NCBI GenBank assembly: GCA_963667035.1
Contig: OY762964.1
Location: 2,656,001 to 2,720,000 of the forward strand
Reading direction: 5' to 3'
Origin: Candidatus Cloacimonadales bacterium
GTDB taxonomy: Bacteria; Cloacimonadota; Cloacimonadia; Cloacimonadales; JAFGVF01
Length of the DNA stretch: 64,000 bases
Positions 30,101 to 38,200 of this stretch are shown piece after piece (the stretch's first letter is position 1; every line of letters begins with the position of its first letter). The notes beneath the pieces are model-generated. The model was not told where the DNA came from. It made no database searches and worked only from the letters and a program-made list of their open reading frames with translations. A program made the position numbers and the translations under genes.

Positions 30101-30459
30101 ACTATCGTGGTGATATTGCCAGAACAGGTAGCAGAGGTTACTTAGTTGTTGATAATGATGAAGAAATTGTAAAACCTTTAGTTAATAATATTCTTCATAA
30201 CGCCTACCCTAATCCTTTTAATCCTGAAACTACACTTTCATTTGAGTTAAAAGAATCTGCTCAAGCTAAATTGGAGATTTTTAATATCAGAGGTCAAAAA
30301 ATCAACACTCTGATTAATGAAAGAATGAATAAAGGATCTCACTCTATAGTTTGGAAAGGTAATGATAGAAACGGTAACACAGTGCCTAGTGGTATTTACC
30401 TCTATAAACTTTCAGCCGGTAGTGAATCTCAAACTAAAAAAGCAGTTCTAATGAAATAA
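27118..30459 (+). CDS. Secreted S8 (subtilisin-like) peptidase with FG-GAP/VCBS repeats and a FlgD-Ig/T9SS-like C-terminal domain
   Basis: Catalytic triad motifs DSGV, HGTHVAG and GTSMASP. Repeated DL(D/N)xDG motifs and NAYPNPFNPETT...KKAVLMK. Confidence 0.92.
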   Translation: MKKILSIALLLAILVSLAAYVPFEKGRYYDNIIHACFKMESVGNMAGVIEYNLSGNSTVVTGMESFDKIAETYKFIDMKQLYTPKDKKWNKDGHYLQCIYEIRISDNDLIQEAVEALNKNEHIHYAQYDVIMRERYVPNDPSYYLQYYIPITHTDEAWEFGQGSEDIVIGISDSGVYWNHPDLRDNIWINEAEMTENVVIDWDNGEIYGGDGLDNDQNGKIDDVIGWNFAMNNNNPHQDFPGNEHGTHVAGCAAAVGDNNIGVAGPGFRVKIACASGRSNIEASNGVLHGYPMLQYFADLGCDIGNASWGGLAPDYYFNEYREVIQYCSAQGMLVVAAAGNDNTEHNADYQDAPSDIPEVLCVAASTNNDTKAGFSDFGVPIDITAPGAGIYSTYYGDELYSSLNGTSMASPIVAGIAALVKSVHPNLTPEQLRARLETTADDIYPMNESFADVASGEFLLGTGRVNALAAAYYDVLPNINIEQVQIDEITGDGDGIPNPGETIEVTVQLNNLMYMGTMTPTFYTWATAYNVQATLSSPVAGVSISNETSDYGIISGGSSISNFNDKYVVTTTSDLTPDNIPMELTITANLDSEWPYTITRTFNLDLSLLHTNYPVNIGGGTVSSPTILDLNNDGTNEVVFTRPDGSLDALYADGTHYMPGTFPLSLGGTITGSPAFADLDGNETIETVVCMQSGQIRCIASDGTDFFAPYDNIGATRSNPIIADLDDNGTKEIIAVSQARELVILNSDGTTYSDTYPLNIGESALSPSAIGDVNNDGVLDIVIATTSSNLHVYNPSTGTELSGFPVNYNSYSLTGPTLAQLDSDMNMEILVASTATGEFHAFDDDGSVIFTRTLDSQIKTSPVVGRVNGNVGNAQIVVITTSGTVYVMDENGNDIPNFPISVNAEVESSPILAGLNEAGDATIIFGDNDGYIHGIKWNGQENINFPMHFESSIKASPSIGDLDSDGHMDVVFGDQYSIYDLDLKYALGNDNSAYYRGDIARTGSRGYLVVDNDEEIVKPLVNNILHNAYPNPFNPETTLSFELKESAQAKLEIFNIRGQKINTLINERMNKGSHSIVWKGNDRNGNTVPSGIYLYKLSAGSESQTKKAVLMK

Positions 30460-30480
30460 TTAATAGTATTCTATAAAGAA

Positions 30481-30506
30481 AGGCTAAAGCTTAACTGCTT
30501 TAGCCT
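30481..30506. repeat. Left target-site duplication (terminator hairpin)
   Basis: AGGCTAAAGCTTAACTGCTTTAGCCT, identical to 32170-32195. Confidence 0.9.
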
Positions 30507-30515
30507 CAGACTGTT

Positions 30516-30556
30516 GACAAAGCTATGAGTAAGATTTCATAGCTTTGTCTTTTTTT
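30516..30556 (+). terminator. Intrinsic terminator inside the IS left end
   Basis: GACAAAGCTATGA-8nt-TCATAGCTTTGTC followed by T7. Confidence 0.75.
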
Positions 30557-30626
30557 AGCTTAAAATAAGAATATCAATCATTGACAAAAACCCCCTTAGA
30601 TTATACTTAAACCATCATAATTAGAG

Positions 30627-32105
30627 GTGGTTATGCTTAAAAAAGTTTCTGACACACAGTCCCAAATGGAGTTTGTAATAATAGATGATTTAGTACCGGT
30701 AGATCACATACTAAGGAAAATCGATAGCGTAATAGATTTTTCATTCATTTTAGATAGAACAGCGCATTTGTATTGTTCTACTACCGGTCGTCCTCCAATT
30801 CATCCTATTACTCTTTTCAAAATGCTTTTTATTGGCTATCTATTCGGTATTCGCTCGGAAAGACAATTGGTCAAAGAGATTGAGGTCAATGTGGCTTATC
30901 GTTGGTTCTTAGGCTTTGGACTAACTGATAAAGTACCTCATCACTCAGTCTTCAGTCAAAATCGTAGAAGGCGATTTAATGATAGCAGCGTATTCGAAGA
31001 GATTTTTATAGATATAGTGAAGTTAGGCATTAAACATGGATTAGTTGATGGGAAGATACTTTATAGCGACTCAACCCATCTAAAGGCAAATGCTAATAAA
31101 GGTAAATTCGAGGATATTGAAGTTGAGGTATCCTCCAAGAGTTACTTGGAAGATCTTAACACAAGCGTTGATGAAGATCGGAAGGCTCATGGTAAGAAAC
31201 CTTTACCTCCTAAGGATAACAATCTTAAAGGAGGAGCATCACCTAAAGTAAAAAATATCAAGTCTAGCACAACAGATCCCGATAGTGGTTTTATGACCCG
31301 TGATAGAAAGCCTCAAGGCTTCTTCTACTTAGATCATAGGACAGTCGACCATAAAACGAACTATATAACCGATGTTCACATTACTCCCGGCAATGTAAAT
31401 GATAGCACCTGCTATATTGACAGGTTACAGTTCCAACAAAAGGTTTATGGTTTTAATGTTCAGGCAGTAGGGCTTGATTCAGGATATGATACAATTAACA
31501 TTTGTAAGCAACTGGTAGATATGAATATTATGGGAGTCCTTGGCTACAAAAGACAGGGAGGTAAGAAAGGTCTATTTAAAAAGAACAAATTTACATATAA
31601 TTCCCGGAAGGATGTTTACATTTGTCCATGTAATAAAGAGTTAAATTATAGAACAACGAGCCGTGATGGCTATAAAGAATACAAGTCGAATCCTAGTGAA
31701 TGCAAGAATTGTCCAATGCTAAGTAAATGTACAGAAAGTAAGTCTTCTCAAAAAGTAATCACTCGTCATGTCTGGGAAGAGAGCAAAGAGATAATCCACA
31801 AGAATAGGTTAACATTATGTGGGAAAGAGATATACAAGAGGAGAAAAGAAACCATTGAGAGAAGCTTTGCCAATGCAAAGCAACTTCATGGCTACCGATA
31901 TGCAAAATATCGAGGAATAGAGCGAGTTCGAGAACAAGCTTATCTAACAGCTATCGTGCAAAATATCAAGAAACTCGTAAAATACCTTTTCAAAGGTAAA
32001 TTAGGGAAATTAATAGCAAAATTTATCATCAATTACATGATTTTCAACTCCAATTTACACGAAAATAGAGCTAAATCTCGCATGTTTAGGTTTGGGCTCA
32101 GTTAA
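30627..32105 (+). CDS. IS1182-family DDE transposase
   Basis: Motifs GRPPIHP..LFKMLFIGYLFGIRSERQL, AYRWFLG, DSTHLKANA, STTDPDSG, LDSGY, YICP and RRKETIERSFA.AKQLHG.RYA.YRG. Confidence 0.93.
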   Translation: MVMLKKVSDTQSQMEFVIIDDLVPVDHILRKIDSVIDFSFILDRTAHLYCSTTGRPPIHPITLFKMLFIGYLFGIRSERQLVKEIEVNVAYRWFLGFGLTDKVPHHSVFSQNRRRRFNDSSVFEEIFIDIVKLGIKHGLVDGKILYSDSTHLKANANKGKFEDIEVEVSSKSYLEDLNTSVDEDRKAHGKKPLPPKDNNLKGGASPKVKNIKSSTTDPDSGFMTRDRKPQGFFYLDHRTVDHKTNYITDVHITPGNVNDSTCYIDRLQFQQKVYGFNVQAVGLDSGYDTINICKQLVDMNIMGVLGYKRQGGKKGLFKKNKFTYNSRKDVYICPCNKELNYRTTSRDGYKEYKSNPSECKNCPMLSKCTESKSSQKVITRHVWEESKEIIHKNRLTLCGKEIYKRRKETIERSFANAKQLHGYRYAKYRGIERVREQAYLTAIVQNIKKLVKYLFKGKLGKLIAKFIINYMIFNSNLHENRAKSRMFRFGLS

Positions 32106-32169
32106 AATGAAGAAAAATGACTTTCAACAATATATCCATGTAAATTAGAATGTTTTTGTCAACAGTCTG

Positions 32170-32195
32170 AGGCTAAAGCTTAACTGCTTTAGCCT
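32170..32195. repeat. Right target-site duplication (terminator hairpin, followed by TTTCT)
   Basis: Identical to 30481-30506. Confidence 0.9.
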
Positions 32196-32217
32196 TTTCT
32201 CTTTCAACACAATTCAT

Positions 32218-35200
32218 CTATCTTCTTAATCTGAAAATGCTATTGTTCCTTTTAGTAACTTCTTCTTTAACTGCAGCTACTCGATAGTATTTAACTTTAT
32301 CAGACACTGAAACACTCCAACTATTAGTTGTTACTGTTACATAAGTTGCTTCAATAAAATCCTCTGTGCCTGAGAAATATACTTTGTATCCTGTAGCGGA
32401 AGGTATTACTGTCCATGATAATACAAGTATATCTTCCTCAATATTAAGAGTAAGGTTTTGGGGTATAGGTATTGTAGTGATTGCATTAAGGATTTGTGGT
32501 TGAGATGCATTTCCAATAACTACACCGGGAACTATTGTTACTGTGTTCTCAATATCATATATCTCGTCACTAGATGTATCATAGATTTGGAAATTAACTA
32601 TCTCGGATGTGCCTGAAGTTTGGATTAGGAGAGTGGTATAAGCGTTATTTCTTGATACAAGCGTAATCTCTCCATAGCCTCTACATTCTTCGTCAACAAA
32701 AGCCCCGATTTCATCACCTGTGGATGCAGGAATGCCATCAATGTTCACTTCACAATACACGGTAGCAGTATTATTGGGATATATTGCCACTTCTTCATTC
32801 CAAGATGGATTATTCTGTGATTCAATAACAGTTAGAGTAACAGGAATTGTGATTGAACTCTCATCGATGTCATTGCTGGTAAGTAATATGTTCTTGTTGT
32901 AGTTTCCTACTTCTAGACCTGTGGTATTGACTTCAATATTTATCTGGTAGTTACTTCTTGGAGTGATTGTTCCTGACACTGATGAGCCATTATCTATCGT
33001 TAACCAGTCGGTTACGCCACCTGTCGCTGTAATAACGACATTATCCATAGCCCAAAACCAATCATATTCGGCATCATAGTATCTAAATCTAACTTTTAGG
33101 CTATTGTTTGCATATTCTGATATATCAATAGATTGATGATCAGGGGTAGACCAAGCTCCATAATCTGCTGAACTCATAGCAAGTACATTTACCCATTCGG
33201 TTCCATTCCATACATCTACATCCGCTTTTTCTTCTCCACCTGAACTATAATAATTGTAATACTGATCAAAATCCAGATAAAGAGATTGAGCTCCCGAGCA
33301 TGGAATAGTGGGTGTAATGAGTTCATCATCAAAGTTAACACCTGCTCCTGCTTGATCACTATCAATAAACATGAAACCGGTATCGTCAATTGAGTTACTA
33401 TTGTAATCTGTACGATTCACCCATGTATAACCTGTACCTGCACCATCAATGATTTGCCAGTCTGAAGGTAAGCCTGAATCAAAGTTCTCATCAAGCAAAA
33501 CTCCGGAATTAGCTTGTATTGCTATGAAGTAGCTTAAGTCTTCTCCTCCAACATTAGTAATCGTTAGTGATTGATTCTCAATATTGTTAGTAAGCGACGA
33601 GAAGTATAAGCTTTCCGGATTGATTTCGATATCAGCAGGAGTATAACCTGTTCCGGTTACAGGAATATTAAGAGTAGGGTTTGAGATGTCATTATTTGAA
33701 ATTACAATACTTCCGTTATAAATGTTATCTCCTAATGGAGAGAAAGTTATCTCATACATAACACTATTTCCGGAACTAATATCAAAATTTAAACTGTTAC
33801 GAATAAACTGTTTTGTAACTATTGATGCACTATAACATGCTGGAGTTACCAGAGTTCCAATTAAATTGTTATTACCTTGATTGCTTATTGTTAGAGTTCT
33901 TACTTTGTTACCGTTTATAGGTGTTGAACCAAAATCAAATTCTGTATTATCTATCGAAATAACAGGTACTTGGGCAGATGAATAGTTTAATGTACAAGGA
34001 ATAGTTAAAACGCTTTCATCTGGGTCATTACTAGTAATAACCAGATTCATATTATAAACGCCATAATCAAGGTTATTCGTGTCAAAACTGACTGTTAAAT
34101 CATCACCGGCTCCCGGGGCAATCGTACCACTCGTTGATGAGCAACTAATCCAGGGGTTACCGGTCGAGTTCTGTATTAATACTGCTAAGCCGTTACTGGT
34201 GTATCCGCTTGCTGCAATTTGAAGTCCGTCTGTTCCATCATAATTCTCAATTCCTATATGATGATCTGTTTGAGTTCCAACACTTTCATATTGGAATAGA
34301 ATACTGCCGTTAGGATAGAGAACTACTTCAAATGTAACCGGATCTGTAGGGGTAGATGAATCCCAATGAGATACATTCTCATACTGTACGACGTAGTTTC
34401 CATTGATAGTCTGTGAATATACAGTTCCCCAAATTGTTCCCGTAGGTTTTAGATCATTCCATAAAGGGCAAATAATATTATTAGGAAACTCACTATTGGG
34501 GATATGGGTGTCTTCATAATTTGTTGTACCTGTACCAAATGAGAGCAATCCGTTAGAACCAACATAGATTGAGTTATAGGTGTTTCCATAGAATTCAAAA
34601 CTAAATGGGAGAGTCTCTTCCGTATAATCATCATCATTTAAAGAAAGAGCAGTTCCTGTAGTAGATATATCAATCCAAGAATAGACCGGTCCATTCATTT
34701 CATTACTATCAATCCAGGAATATCCGAAAGTATCAGGTCCTCCGGCTCCACGAGTAGTATTCTCCAGACTAACATTGTATGTCAGATCATAATTACCATT
34801 ATTAGCAATATGGAAAGTTCTATTTGTTATGGTTTCTATAAGGCTATCAACAGTAATAGAAGTAGGCGTAACATCTATATCAGGAGTTACACCATAGCCG
34901 GAAACGGATATATAATTACTCTGATTATTTACGTCGTTTGAAGTTATGGTGATATTACCATTATATGCTACGGCATTTAATGGTGTAAACTCTACGTCGA
35001 AACTTGTAGATTCACCGGGATTAACGTTATAGTTTAATGTATTTCTTTCTTGAGTTTGTAAATAATGTTTATCAGAGGAAGATACCTTCTTTGTTTTTTT
35101 ACGACTTAGAATATTCGTATCTCTGTCATGATTACTGATAACATAAGCATAAGGCGTTATAATAGTTCCGGAAAGAATTGCTCCCCCTGAGTTACTAATA

Positions 35201-38200
35201 GTGATAGTTTCGGTTTCAGTATTACCTATAATGATATTACCGAAGTCAATGGAGTTAGTATCTATAGAGAATATTGGCTCAGAGGAAAGTCCTACACTTA
35301 TTGATACCGGTACAGTTATTATCGGATTATTCGGGTCATTTGTTGCAATTTTAATATCTTTCTGATACAATCCTTCTGAAAGACCGGTCATATCAAAACT
35401 TACATTCAGAGTGTCTGCTGAGTTACTTGAAATTAAACCACTAATAGGTGAAACTGCTAGCCACTCAGGAATAGCTTCACTATTAGTAAATTCGACTACA
35501 TAGTTATCTGTTATAGTAACACCGGCATTTCCTGATGCAACGGTTAATCCGTCAGTTCCATCTGAATTCTCAATACCAATTGTTTCCGAGCTTAAGTCTA
35601 AAGAAGAACCAACATAATCGTATTGAATTCTTATTTTACCGTTTTCAAAAAGAATAACTTGTGCTTGGATACAATCATCCGGGGTCGAAGTACCGTCATA
35701 TTCCATGTAATCCTGGAAGCTTATTATGAAAGCATTCATTCCGTTTACAAGCTGATTTTGGTAGTAAACATGACCAACATAATTGCTTTCAGTAGGATTC
35801 ATATCATCCCAAAACCAGGCAATCATGTTATTAGGCTCACTAGAATTTGGTAATGATACGTTTGCTAAAGATGTTGAACCTGACCCAAAAGTAATGTGTC
35901 CGTTAGAATTTACATACAATGAATTATAAGTATTCTCATAGAAAGGAAAGCTAAATCCTATAGGTATTTCCGAACCTGCACTATCATCGTCTAGTCCAAC
36001 AATTTCATTTGCAGTATTGGGAGTAATCCATAAGAAATCAGGACCATCAGGTTCATTACTATCTTGCCACGTATATCCGTAATTATCAGGTCCACCTGAG
36101 TTTCTTGTGTGATCTACAATATTGACTGAATAAGTCATTTCAAGATTACCTGAGTTAAACAGTACAAGATTTCTTGATGCTGTTTGCCCAATATTCATAC
36201 TACCATCCATAGATGTAGGATTGACACTTGCCTCAATTGTGGATCCACATCCTGAGACGGGTAACAGATATGTCGAAGTATCTAAATCATTAGAATTAAT
36301 GGTAATATCATAATTGTAACAGGAAGAGGATGTAGGAGCAAAAATAACTCTAAAGTCTTTTGAAGATCCTGATAAGATTGTGTAGCTAACAGTATTTCTT
36401 TTGGCTTTTGTAACTAAATGCTCCTTAGAACGTGTTGTAATCTCTTGTACCGAATATCCGGAAGGTGTAACTATTGAACCGGAAAGGGTCAATGTACCTG
36501 TATTTGAGATTGTAAAAGTTTCTTCATTTGTAGCTCCAATGGCTACATTACCAAAGTCTAATGAAGTTGGTGATACACTAATCTCAGGCTCAGGAACAAC
36601 AATCTGACAAGGAGGGAAAACAATGTTATCAACCCAAGCACAATCCGAACCATCAGATTCAGAACTGTCTTTTTCATAAGCCCATTTAAATGTATGATTA
36701 CCAACTGTTACAGGATATGATACTTGAGTCCAAGAAGCTATTCCTGCCCATTGACCTTGCCTGACATCATCAATATAAAATCTCAGATAGTCATATCCTG
36801 ATTCGGAAGAGACATTATAATAGAAAGATATATTATCTGCAGAAGTAACATCTACATCAATTGAAAACTCTGAACTCTCTGAATGGTCTATTGTACCACT
36901 CTGAGCACTATAGTTTCCTTCATAAGCTGATGTTGAAATTGTCCAGTCTGCTTCACCACTCATCATCCAAGTTAAGTTGTCAAAGTTTCCGGATTCAAAA
37001 TCTTCTTGAACAATACCTATAGCTAGAGTAAAATTATCACTATTGCTGTAACCTGTACCATTAATGGTAAGTGTGAAAATAGCATTATCGCCTATCTGAG
37101 CTAATGAACTGACAGTTACCGGAAAGCTAATCGTTGAAGATTCACCTGCTTCGACAGTTGTGACTTCTGTATCATCATTTATCGAGATATTGCTATAATT
37201 AGTGTTCAGTACGAAACTAAAGCTACCGGCGTCGGCTCCTCCACTGTTAAGTATGGATAACTGCAAGACAGTGCTCTCATTTGGATCAAGATTTCCATTT
37301 GCTCCATCATTTACTATTACTCTACTTACACTCAAATCAGGAGCATAGGACATGAGAGTAATTGTACTTTCCCATGTCTCTCCACTTCCGGTGATAGTTG
37401 TATTCAAAACAATTGTATGATTATCAGGGCAATTAGGTGATACATTAAAAGCAATGCAATTAGAGGATGAAACTGTTGCCCCGGAAGCAATCGTACCAAA
37501 AGATTGATTGCTATCAATAAGAGATATATAGCTATCAGACTCATTTACATTTAATACAACAGAACTTGCTGAGGATGTTCCAACATTTTCAAGATTAATA
37601 GTAAGATATACTGTTTCTCCACTAGCAATAATATTGTCATCACCCGCACTTACAATTACATCTTCTATAGAAATATAAGGACCTGAGAGAGGTTGAATAG
37701 GAAGAGTTGTAACAACAGGTTGTCTTTGTGGTTTCGTAATAACCAAATCTGCAGTGCCTGTTACACTAAAAGCTACTATAGGAACATCAACAGTCCCTGT
37801 GGAACCTACAAGAGCTGCTCCATGAAGCTCGCCATTTTGGGATATGGCTACATAAGATCCCGGCTCTGCGTTAACAGTGAAAGTATTAGCACTTATCGGA
37901 ATGAAAGCATTAGTACTGTATGTATTAACTGTACCTTGACTCCAATACGGAACTATTGAAGGGTCTCCAAAAAGCATATATGCTTGCCAGTAATAGATAT
38001 CACTTGAATGGGTTGGGAAGTTTTGGGCATGAACTTCAGTAACCGCAAGGTTACCCAGATATTTAGTTGCGTCTGTAGTGACGTAATCTGTCATGAAAGG
38101 TCCGTCATAAGCACCCCAACTTGTTTCATCATAGGTTGGAACATAACCGTTGTTATCTCCTGAAATCGGGAATGCTCCAACTGACCAATAGAAATCTTCA

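Larger units (their letters stand above)
30507..32169 (+). mobile_element. IS1182-family insertion sequence (~1.66 kb)
   Basis: Terminal inverted repeats CAGACTGTTGACAAA (30507-30521) and TTTGTCAACAGTCTG (32155-32169), a single transposase, and 26-bp flanking direct repeats. The exact ends are ambiguous because the target is palindromic. Confidence 0.9.
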
